Below, piece after piece: positions 20,830 through 30,085 of a DNA stretch of 59,504 bases (position 1 is its first letter; each line of letters begins with the position of its first letter). Source of the DNA: Candidatus Methanomethylicia archaeon (lineage in GTDB: Archaea > Thermoproteota > Methanomethylicia > CALHIW01); assembly GCA_038845975.1 (NCBI GenBank), contig JAWBQF010000017.1:1-59504 (forward strand). Reading direction: 5' to 3'. The notes under the pieces are model-generated. The model did not search any database. It saw nothing but the letters and a program-made list of their open reading frames with translations, and was not told the origin of the DNA. Position numbers and translations under genes: made by a program.

Positions 20830-21630
20830 CTAGAATACTCCGATTTCATGTAGTCTCCTTACAGCTTTCCTTACAGTTTCCTCTACTGGTCCTCTAAATA
20901 CTTCACATCTACGTTTAACTTCAGGAGTAAATACATCGGTAACTCTTGTTGGGGATCCCTCAAGCCCTATCATGTCTATATCAGCTTCAATATCTGATAC
21001 ACACCATTGAATTAGCTTCTTGCTTGAAGCGGATATTATTCCAAATACTGATAGGATTCTTGGAGTATTTATCTCCTTAACAACTGCTAGAACTGCTGGT
21101 AGTTTAACCTTTACGATTCTATATCCATACTCCATCATGCTTTCAACTATTGCCTCATCATCTATAATCTTAATTCCTCTTACACGTGTAACATGAGGTA
21201 TTCCTAGAAACTCTGCAAGTTGAGGTGGTACTTGACCTGTACTTCCATCAACAGTTTCATTACCGCAGAGTATTAAGCTATACGGTTCAAGCTTCCTTAT
21301 TGCTTTAGAGAGCGCATAGGCTGTTGCAAGTGTATCCGAGCCTGCTAGAAGTCTATCACATAGGAGAATTGCCTCATCAGCTCCAAATGCTAATGCTTCC
21401 TTACAAGCCTCTAGGGCTTGTGGCGGCCCCATACTTAAAACAATTACTTTCCCACCGTATTTCTCCCTAATTCTTAAGGCTTCCTCTAACGCATTTTTAT
21501 CAAGTGGATTTATGATTGACGGTATTCCCTCTCTTACTATTGTTTTCCTTACTGGATCTATTGCTATTTTTGAGAATTCTTTAGGGTCTGGAACTTGCTT
21601 AATACATACTATAATGTTCAGTATCCTCAT
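20830..21630 (-). CDS. etfB: Electron transfer flavoprotein beta subunit
   Basis: IVCIKQVPD, NPLDKNALEEA, MGPP, GSDTLATA, DGSTGQV. Confidence 0.95.
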   Translation of the reverse strand: MRILNIIVCIKQVPDPKEFSKIAIDPVRKTIVREGIPSIINPLDKNALEEALRIREKYGGKVIVLSMGPPQALEACKEALAFGADEAILLCDRLLAGSDTLATAYALSKAIRKLEPYSLILCGNETVDGSTGQVPPQLAEFLGIPHVTRVRGIKIIDDEAIVESMMEYGYRIVKVKLPAVLAVVKEINTPRILSVFGIISASSKKLIQWCVSDIEADIDMIGLEGSPTRVTDVFTPEVKRRCEVFRGPVEETVRKAVRRLHEIGVF

Positions 21631-21656
21631 GAACAGCCACAAATAAATAAAATTGG

Positions 21657-22805
21657 TTATTTTGCGTATTCTAATGCTTTTCTAAACATTACTAGCTTCA
21701 TTATTTCCTGTGTTCCTGCTGCCGAGCATAATACTTCTGCATCTCTTAATAGTCTTTGAGGAATTATCTCCCTCATTACTCCATAAGCTCCAAATATCTG
21801 TATTAGCTTATGTGCACATCGAACAGCCGCCTCAACACTATAGTATTTACCAGCAGCGTTTTCAGCATCACATCTAGCTCCCTTATCTCTTAGCCATGCA
21901 GCATAATATGTTAGTAGTCTTGTTGTTTCATAGTCTAAATATATTTCAGTAAGATACCATTGAATAGCTTGAAGCTCACTTATAGGTTTACCGTATAATA
22001 TTCTCTGCTTTGAGTATTTAGCTGCTTCCTCAAGGCATCTACGAATAATACCTAAAGCAACACCGTTTACACCTGGTCTTCCAATATTACTTATAGCCGT
22101 TAAGGCTATTCTTAATCCATCTCCCTCGCTACCAATCATGTTTTCTTTAGGTACTCTAACATTTTCTAGAATTAGTTCACCCGTATTTAATCCTCTAAGA
22201 CCATCCTTATTTTCTTTTCTTCCAGGCTTTACTCCTGGTGTATTTGGCTCTATCATGAAGAAGCTTAATCCTTTTGGTCCTTCACCTGTTTTTGCAAGTA
22301 CTCCATGCATGTTTGATATATGGACATTAGTTATGAAGCATTTCCTACCATTTAAAATGTAAGAATCCCCCTCACGTTTAGCTGTTGTTTGAATACCTAA
22401 AACATCTGATCCTCCTGTTGGCTCTGTTACCGCACATGTAGATATTAATTCTCCTTTAGCCATTCCTGGAAGCCACTTCTTCTTCTGCTCCTCACTACCG
22501 AAATATATTAGTGGGGCTTGTCCTAAATGAACTATTTGAAGACAGAAGCTAAGTGCAGGAGATATTCTTGATATTTCCTCCAGTACAGCTATTCTAGCTA
22601 TATGTCCAAGTCCAGCTCCACCATACTCTCTAGGTATAACAATAGCTCCGAACCCTAGCTCCATCATTTTCTTAACGAGTTCAATAGGTGTTTCACCTGT
22701 TTCATCCATCCATTCAACTTTAGGAGCAACTTCTTTTTCAGCAAACTCCATAGCTGCTTTACGAAGCATTTCCTGTTCAGAGGTAAAGGTAAAATCAAAC
22801 GGCAT
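21657..22805 (-). CDS. Acyl-CoA dehydrogenase
   Basis: AVTEPTGGSD, LNGRKCFITN, QIFGAYG. The usual C-terminal catalytic Glu position reads AAGTQEI. Confidence 0.9.
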   Translation of the reverse strand: MPFDFTFTSEQEMLRKAAMEFAEKEVAPKVEWMDETGETPIELVKKMMELGFGAIVIPREYGGAGLGHIARIAVLEEISRISPALSFCLQIVHLGQAPLIYFGSEEQKKKWLPGMAKGELISTCAVTEPTGGSDVLGIQTTAKREGDSYILNGRKCFITNVHISNMHGVLAKTGEGPKGLSFFMIEPNTPGVKPGRKENKDGLRGLNTGELILENVRVPKENMIGSEGDGLRIALTAISNIGRPGVNGVALGIIRRCLEEAAKYSKQRILYGKPISELQAIQWYLTEIYLDYETTRLLTYYAAWLRDKGARCDAENAAGKYYSVEAAVRCAHKLIQIFGAYGVMREIIPQRLLRDAEVLCSAAGTQEIMKLVMFRKALEYAK

Positions 22806-22843
22806 ACAATCCCCGGGAGAAATAAGGTTTAGGTATATAAATG

Positions 22844-24052
22844 TTACTTTTTAGGCGGTCCCCATCTCCAAGGTACGTATTCTCTTCCTAATGCTTGTAG
22901 AGCAATTATTATCCTCATGGCATTCATGGTTCCCTCAGCAACAGTCATCATTCTAGCTCCTCTATAAGCCATCTGTAAATCAAATTCTGAAGTTAATCCA
23001 AGTGCTCCACACCATTCAAGTGTGTGATGTATTGCTTCAATAGCGTATTTACTTGCAAATAGTTTTGCCTCGGCTACAGTATATGCTAAGTCATCTATTT
23101 TAACTTCACCCTTAAGGTATTTATCAGCCATCCATGCAGCTCTATATGTTAATAGTCTAGCTGCTTCTAAATGGGTTAAATCATCTGCAAGCTCAAACTG
23201 TATACCCTCAAAAGCTCCTATAGGTCTTCCGAATGCTTCCCTCTTCTTAACATAGTCCATACCTATCTCTAAACATCTTATAGCTGCCGTAACCATACAC
23301 ATCGTTACAGGTATTCTTGAAAATATAAAGCTTTCATTTGTAACCGTGTATCCACCATTCTCCCTACCTACAATATAATGTTCCGGTACTTCAACATTTT
23401 CATATTTCGCTCCACCAATATCTACACCCATTCCCTCAAATCTAGTTGTTGTTATTCCCCTAGCATTATATGGCACGAAGAAAACAGTCATACCCCTACC
23501 TCCAAGTTCAGGAGCTGTCTTCGTTGTTACCATAAACCCTCCACCATAAGTCATTATTTCAGGTATTAAGCTTACACATTGCTTCTCACCATTAATAACA
23601 TATTTTCCATTTCTTTTCTCAGCTTTTGTAGTTATAGCTGTGAAATCTGTACCGCATCCAGGCTCTGTTGAATGTATATCAACCATCCATCCATCCTTAA
23701 CAATTCTAGGCATAACCTCCTCTCTTAACTTATCGTTTCCAAAACGATATAATGTTAAAGCACATGTATTATGATATCCTAAAGCAAATGAGCCGTTAAC
23801 ACTTAAATCAGCCCTACCAAATTCCTCAATAGCAATAGTAAACGAGACAAAATCAGCTCCTTGACCACCATAGCTTGTAGGAATAAGAAGACTAAGCAAT
23901 CCCTGCTTTACAAGCTCTGAGTGAACTTCAGGAATCAGCATTCTACTCTTAAACATCTCCCTAGACTTAGGAAGAACATGTTTCTCACAAAACTCCCTAC
24001 ATGTTCTTCTAAAAACCTCCTGCTCCTCAGAAAATTTTAAATCAAAAGGCAT
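22844..24052 (-). CDS. Acyl-CoA dehydrogenase
   Basis: STEPGCGTD, INGEKQ, REAFGRPI, VAEGTMN. Confidence 0.9.
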   Translation of the reverse strand: MPFDLKFSEEQEVFRRTCREFCEKHVLPKSREMFKSRMLIPEVHSELVKQGLLSLLIPTSYGGQGADFVSFTIAIEEFGRADLSVNGSFALGYHNTCALTLYRFGNDKLREEVMPRIVKDGWMVDIHSTEPGCGTDFTAITTKAEKRNGKYVINGEKQCVSLIPEIMTYGGGFMVTTKTAPELGGRGMTVFFVPYNARGITTTRFEGMGVDIGGAKYENVEVPEHYIVGRENGGYTVTNESFIFSRIPVTMCMVTAAIRCLEIGMDYVKKREAFGRPIGAFEGIQFELADDLTHLEAARLLTYRAAWMADKYLKGEVKIDDLAYTVAEAKLFASKYAIEAIHHTLEWCGALGLTSEFDLQMAYRGARMMTVAEGTMNAMRIIIALQALGREYVPWRWGPPKK

Positions 24053-24108
24053 GTATACACCAATTAGGAAAATTTCACCTCCTTAAATACTTTACTAAGA
24101 GCTCTAGA

Positions 24109-24480
24109 TGTCTTGTCGACTTTAGAGATTTTATTTAGCGTGTTCTTACTTCATATTTTATGGTTAGTAGCTATGAATTCTTTATGAGGGTAAGAAAACA
24201 ATTCATATTTGCAAGCTTTATTAATCCACTTTTCTGGATGTAGTTTGAGAGGGGTAAGTAGAATTTTATATATAGACGTAGTTATGAGGCTATATGTAAG
24301 TGTACTCATAGATTTAATGATCTATCATTAATTATTCATAATTAGGAAAGTTTATGTTGATGAATGTACTATTAAAAATAGGATCATTATCATATGGGTT
24401 GCATTTGAGAGCTAGAAGAATAGTCTATATTCATTTATTATCCTCACAGAATAATCTGATACCTAATATCCCTAAAACTT
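24109..24480 (+). mobile_element. Decayed IS6-family element, left part (right boundary approximate)
   Basis: TIR-like tgtcttgtcgacttta; interrupted translations RSYEAICKCTHRF (HTH) and YVDECTIK...IWVAFE (first DDE Asp). Confidence 0.65.
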
Positions 24481-24710
24481 TAAGCTTAATAGGGTCTTAC
24501 CTCCCTTAATAACCTGAACTTTCAACAGAACCTCAATACTAAACATAAAATAAAGTTAAACAAAGAACCATATAACCCTAAGTTGCCATGCTTAGTCCCG
24601 CAGTTCTGTAAGCTATAGGTTACATAGTGACTTATCATGATAATGTTTAAATAGATGCTTTTATAATTCCTATATATTGTTTAATGCTAAAATAAATATT
24701 TGGTGACTGA

Positions 24711-25133
24711 ATGTCGATAGGGAGACAGCTTTTAGAGGAATTAAGGAGGGATGAAAGTCTTAGAGAAGCCCTAGCTGATGAGTTGCTTCCTGAAGCTTTA
24801 AAACGTAGGGATCTTAGAAAATCAATGCTACTAGCACTATCTAGAGAGATGTCTACGAAGGAGGATATAGAAAACCTGAGAAAGTCTACGAAGGAGGATA
24901 TAGAAAACCTGAGAAAGTCTACGAAGGAGGATATAGAAAACCTGAGAAAGTCTACGAAGGAGGATATAGAAAAGCTTAGAATGGATTTAAAATCGTATAT
25001 AGATATGAGGATTGATGGATTAAATAAAAGGATAGATGATCTTTATGGTATTGTTAAGGCCTCCTTAATTGCAATAGTAATTACCTTAGCCTCAACAATA
25101 CTTATGCCATTAATACTAAGAATATTCTTTTAA
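24711..25133 (+). CDS. Membrane-anchored coiled-coil protein with tandem STKEDIENLRK repeats (DUF1640/CCDC90-like architecture)
   Basis: Helical head, repeated xTKED motif, coiled coil and C-terminal TM helix; GGTGA RBS. Confidence 0.75.
   Translation: MSIGRQLLEELRRDESLREALADELLPEALKRRDLRKSMLLALSREMSTKEDIENLRKSTKEDIENLRKSTKEDIENLRKSTKEDIEKLRMDLKSYIDMRIDGLNKRIDDLYGIVKASLIAIVITLASTILMPLILRIFF
24851..24973 (+). repeat. Perfect 33 bp coding tandem repeat, 3.7 copies
   Basis: gtctacgaaggaggatatagaaaacctgagaaa at 24851, 24884 and 24917, with a partial copy at 24950. Confidence 0.95.
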
Positions 25134-25488
25134 ATATGTTATAATTTTATCTCAAATATTTTTGCTCTTCGATAAAATATCATTGTCAACCTATTAGTTT
25201 GTTTTTAGATTTTATCTAGATGATTGATAGGCTACTTTTGAAGCTTTTTATTATCTAGAGTGAAACTTTAGAGGGTACAAATGAAAATTTATATATAGGT
25301 AGTAATACTACTTATCATTATTAAACTTAATAAACTCCATAAAACTGGAAAATCAATACTTAAATACTTTGAAATGAGTTCATTCTTAAATTCTCTAAGA
25401 AAGCATACCATTACAAGGTAAACACATATATCAATAAAGAAAATATTAAACCTCAAATATTCCTAATATATTTAACTCCATAATTATA

Positions 25489-26188
25489 GGCTTTGTTAAC
25501 TTTAGATTTATTTAGGAGTTCTCTCCCCTATTTATGGTGTTAGTATGTCTAAAATTGTTAGGTTTGTTAGGGAGAGAACTCCATTTACTCTAGTTGTTTA
25601 TTGCTTATATATTTTCGTTCTTCTAGAATGGCTTCAGATATTCTAAGCTTATTGTTGTTAGGAGTTATGTATCCGTATTATCGTGGTTTATCTTAATCTT
25701 CTATTGATAGGAGGGATGTTAGGATTACGGTTGATCTATTGTAAGTGTAGGTTTTAAGAGTAAGGTTATTTATGTTGCGTTTAAGACATTATTGAGGAGG
25801 ATTCTCTACATATGGGTTTGCGATGTTGCAACATACTTACATCACTAACATTAGAAAATTAGAGCTATTTACGGTTCTAATATAGTTGTATTAAGTGATG
25901 GAGCTCAATATTATAAGCATCATGTAAAATATTAAAATTAAAACATGATATAGTTTAGAGGTTAGGAATCTAATGGAGGGAATAATACAGTATATAGGAT
26001 AGAACTAGATTATTCGATAATTATATACCGTGCATGAAGGATAAATGCGGTAATGAGTATGCATTAATGCTTATGAAGTCAGTAGCATAGCTAAACGAAA
26101 CATGGATAAGGAAAATAAAAGCTAAGGAATTCATAGAAGATACAATACCAAAATAGAGGTGATAAAACATGCTTAAGTTAACAAAGCC
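25489..26188 (+). mobile_element. IS6-family element with pseudogenised transposase, intact TIRs and 8 bp TSD
   Basis: 14 bp TIRs ggctttgttaactt / aagttaacaaagcc; taattata on both flanks (25481-25488, 26189-26196); homologous to 46810-47521. Confidence 0.85.
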
Positions 26189-26291
26189 TAATTATATAAC
26201 TAAAGGGGATGATGGTTTACCTAGAACACTATCTTATGTTTATCGATACGCTTATATAGATCTATAAGTCTTAGTTTAGTGAGGTGTCTTT

Positions 26292-27177
26292 TTGAAGGGT
26301 CTGTATGGTATTATTCCCCCTCTTATAACACCTTTTACAGTAGATGGTAAGGCTAGATAGTGATGCTCTACGTGAAATATTAGATTTTATCTATAATTAT
26401 ATTGATGGATTATTTGTTTGCGGTACCTATGGCTCAGGACCTATGATGTCTGTTGAGGAGAGAAAAAGAACTGTGGAGGAAATTATAAATAATATTCCTG
26501 GAAGATTGGAAATTATTGTACATGTAGGGGCAACAAGTACCCAGTTTGCAGTAGATCTTGCTAGACATGCTCAGGATATTGGAGCTACTAGAATTGCAAG
26601 TGTACCTCCATACTATTATCGCTATAGAGATGAATATATTATCGAGTATTTTACAAATTTAGTAAACGCCGTTGATTTACCAGTGTATCTTTACAATAAC
26701 CCAAATACTGTAGGCTATGCTATATCTCCACAGCTACTATCTAAACTTGAAAAAATAGGAGTAAAGGGTGTTAAGGATAGTAGCTTTGATGTTTTAAGCT
26801 TTATAAACTATAGGAGGACTTGTAGTGGAGATTTTGATGTAGTAGCAGGTACTGAAGCTCTTATGCTTCCACTATATGTTTTAGGGGCAAGAGCATTTAT
26901 AGCCGGAATGTCAAACTATCTTCCTGAACTAATTAAGGAACTATTTAACTGTCTCAAGGAGGGTAAGTGGGGTGATGCGGAAAAACTTCAGTATAAAATT
27001 GTTGAAATACGTGAAATAGTACATAGTGCTGGAGCATCCATTGTAGGTGTACATACTATTCTTAATCTAAGAGGTATAAAATCAGGATATCCTAAATCAC
27101 CATTTAAAATGCCTAGTAGTGAAAAAATAGAGGAAATAAGAAGTAAGCTAATAGAGTTAAATGTAAATATACCTTAA
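26292..27177 (+). CDS. DapA/NAL-family class I aldolase (KDG aldolase-like), frameshifted near 26349
   Basis: GAGGTG RBS, then TTG 26292 gives MKGLYGIIPPLITPFTVDG; the +1 frame continues RLDSDAL...GTYGSG, PPYY, LYNNP and GVKDSS (Schiff-base Lys). Confidence 0.85.
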
Positions 27178-27494
27178 CAAATTCAAATACGTTAATACTT
27201 AGTTCTTAAAGTCTCTAAGCCTAAGTCTCTAATTAGTGTATGAGAATTAAAGAACATAATCACCAAGATATTTAAAGTTAGCAAAACCAGTATCCTTCAT
27301 AAAAGGATAAATTGAAAGTTTAAAAGTAAGGTTCAAGTTGTTATGTATTGATATTATCAAGTTAGATAGAGTGTTCTTACCCTATACTAGTATGATCAAT
27401 GGTTACGAATTCTTTAAGAGAATAAGAATACCATTATATTGTAGGCTTAATTAAATTATTTCTCATGTAGCTTAGAAGATAGTAAGATTCTAAC

Positions 27495-27584
27495 TGAACT
27501 CACCTGAAAACTCTTGAATGTTGTTAAGACTTAATTAGGTTAATAATTTAAATATCAAAATTATAGAGTTTTCAGACAGATTCA
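27495..27584. mobile_element. ~90 bp MITE with IS5-type ends
   Basis: Imperfect 20 bp IRs tgaactcacctgaaaactct / agagttttcagacagattca; the left IR resembles the end at 38792 that precedes an IS5-type transposase fragment. Confidence 0.55.
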
Positions 27585-27740
27585 CTATTAATTATAACTT
27601 ATGAATTCATAGATTCAGCGAGATTACATTTATAATTAGCTAAGAAAATGTAATTATTAATATAGAGTCCTTCACTATACAGTATGAGTAACATTAAAAC
27701 ATGGAAAAGCAACATATATACATATAGTGATCTGATAATT

Positions 27741-27841
27741 ATATTCCTAAGGATTTTAAGGGGATATAGTGTTAAATGTTATTACTGGTTATCTTCAATA
27801 CTATGTATCTAATGGATTAGACACTACCAAGTCGATATAAA
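27741..27841 (+). repeat. 101 bp exact direct repeat, copy 1 (copy 2 at 28887-28987)
   Basis: atattcctaaggatttt...caagtcgatataaa is identical at both positions. Confidence 0.9.
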
Positions 27842-28030
27842 ATACTGAGAAAGCTATGAGTATCTAGAAACTTCATTAGGAAGCATGATCAATATATACA
27901 GTAAATATTAAAAGCGAATGTTTAAATATAGGCTTACCTATATTAACTTAAATGAGTGAGGAAGAACTGCTTCTAACAATGCTGGAGACCGAGGAGGAGT
28001 ACATGTTAACAATGCTTGAGGAGAATATCA

Positions 28031-28453
28031 ATGGTTTTAAAACTAAGAATAAGAATAGAGCGAAGTGATGGTAAGTATAGTGTTGTTTATGAGGCTATAG
28101 CTAATAGTGGATTTAGTGGAAAAAAGCCGGAAATACTAGTACCCTTAAAGCTTATTGAAAGTTTTAAGCTTAGAGAGCTTCAAGAACCAACACCAGCATC
28201 TAAAATATCTGGTAGTGGTACAGTTATCCCCTTAATTAGATATATAGATTCTGCTAAGATCTATGTAATTGAGGAAGATAGAGTTAAGGGACCCATTACT
28301 GCTGATGTTCTAATTGCTCCAAAAGCTAAATACATTCTTCTAAACGATAAACTTCTAGGAATGCTAGAAATTGTAATAATAGATCCAGCGGATGGCTTAT
28401 GGTGTTTTAGAGATGAAATTGGTAAAAGGGTTAGAAAGGGGGTAGGATACTAA
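28031..28453 (+). CDS. Hypothetical protein resembling the archaeal retropepsin-like family (NSG in place of DTG)
   Basis: AIANSGF...PEILVP, ILLND and IIDPADGLWCF pattern; GAGGAG RBS before the ATG at 28031. Confidence 0.6.
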   Translation: MVLKLRIRIERSDGKYSVVYEAIANSGFSGKKPEILVPLKLIESFKLRELQEPTPASKISGSGTVIPLIRYIDSAKIYVIEEDRVKGPITADVLIAPKAKYILLNDKLLGMLEIVIIDPADGLWCFRDEIGKRVRKGVGY

Positions 28454-28523
28454 TCCATAGATTAGACTTCATACATAATTTTATTTCGTAATATCTGTTT
28501 AAATAGATTTCCCTATTCCACTA

Positions 28524-29206
28524 TGTCTTGTCAACTTTAGAAGTTTATTTGGAATTGTTTCTACCTTATATTAAATATGATTGGTAGTTATGGATCCTTT
28601 AAGAACACCATCTATATTATATTGCAGACCTATTAAATTATTTTCTGATATAGTTTAAGAAGGACAAGTAGATTATTAACTATTAAGTGTAGCTATGAAT
28701 ACGTAAGCAGTTTCATAGATTTACAGTTTAACATCTATAATTCGTATCAGCCATGTTTGGAAGATATATGTTGATGAATATACCGTTAAGGATTATTTAT
28801 TGTATGATATGGATCGTATTTGGGAATATAGAGGGAAGATGGTATACATTTACTCGTCATTTTCACATAATGATCTTGATGCCCACATATTCCTAAGGAT
28901 TTTAAGGGGATATAGTGTTAAATGTTATTACTGGTTATCTTCAATACTATGTATCTAATGGATTAGACACTACCAAGTCGATATAAATATTGGAGGAAAA
29001 TGGATGTTTAGAGGCTTCTAGGAGAATGATCAATACATACAGTAAATGTAGAAACTCATTAGAACATGCTAAAATAATTTATGCATAACATATTATAATT
29101 GGATAAGACCCCACATCAATAACAATCAAAACAGTAGAGAATAAAGATGGATAAAGTGAAGACTCTGACGAGAGAGGTGATCAAACATGCTTAAGTTAAC
29201 AAAACC
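28524..29206 (+). mobile_element. Decayed full-length IS6-family element
   Basis: Left end tgtcttgtcaacttta; right end catgcttaagttaacaaaacc, nearly the same as the end at 26188; YVDEYTVK remnant. Confidence 0.7.
28887..28987 (+). repeat. 101 bp exact direct repeat, copy 2
   Basis: Identical to 27741-27841. Confidence 0.9.
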
Positions 29207-30043
29207 AAGTATTTCAGAATATTAAGTGTATTTCCTTATTGATGCTTATTACTGTGAATATTGTGATGCTAAATCATCATATAATTTATATTCTATTTTT
29301 ACCTGTACGTCTTAATGAGTGTAGAAGTTCATGATGAAAAGCTAATACTTCATCACGGTTTAACATAGGCTTCACCGTATGATATTTAAGCAATATAAAC
29401 ATCATGAATCACTAATAAATTAATTGATTACTGGCTTGCTTCCTTTTAATGTTAGAATCATGATTTTGTTATATGCTCACAGCCTTACCTATAAGTAATT
29501 TAATTATACTTCAGGTTCTAAATTCATGGTAACAGGTAATTTTATAGTATTTTGGTTTAGACTTACAAGTCTACATCCTGATTAACTACTTAATAGTCTT
29601 AATTGTAGCTTAACATTCTCTTAAGCTTATTTTAATATTTAGCATCTAATAGTATGATTATATCTTGGACTTTCAGTTTATTGAAACTTTCAATAACTTT
29701 CCTCGAAGCTTTTTAGTTGTTTGATCAGACTTGTCTCTTAAAAGTTTCAATCTCCTAATCTCTAATCTTAAAACCGCGCATACCCCGTCAAGCTATCTCC
29801 ACAATATTCATATTCTCTACAAACCCTAATAGCTAAAACTTCCCTAACTTGGATTCTTATAATTATAAGTTTTCAAAGCTTATTAGCACCAATATTTTCA
29901 ATAATAACAGGAGAATAAGCTATGTAAATATTAAGAAATAAAAACTAAGTTTATACTAGGTTCATAAGGTATAACTTCTTGTTGATTTAAGTCATAACTA
30001 CGTAATGCTTTCATTTAAGGTTTACAGAGCGTAAAAGCATTTA

Positions 30044-30057
30044 GAAAAGTTTATTAA
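30044..30057 (+). promoter_or_regulatory. BRE/TATA promoter
   Basis: GAAAAG-TTTATTAA ending 28 bp before the ATG at 30086; no SD. Confidence 0.55.
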
Positions 30058-30085
30058 GTAGATTATTCTCTACTTCTCGATATTT

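Larger units (their letters stand above)
27348..27915 (+). mobile_element. Decayed IS6-family remnant interrupted by a MITE (boundaries approximate)
   Basis: Colinear similarity to the 24109 and 28524 remnants; shares a 101 bp identical block with the latter. Confidence 0.55.

Noticed and set aside
24851-24973. 33 bp repeats as a CRISPR array
   Set aside because: The units are head-to-tail with no spacers, lie in frame within a CDS, and no cas genes are present.
29330-29385. ATGATGA and a TGATGAA/TTCATCA hairpin as an sRNA
   Set aside because: There is no D box, and a 7 bp stem is expected by chance in AT-rich DNA.
29560-29960. Possible decayed minus-strand gene
   Set aside because: The composition looks coding, but no recognisable motif or continuous frame was found.
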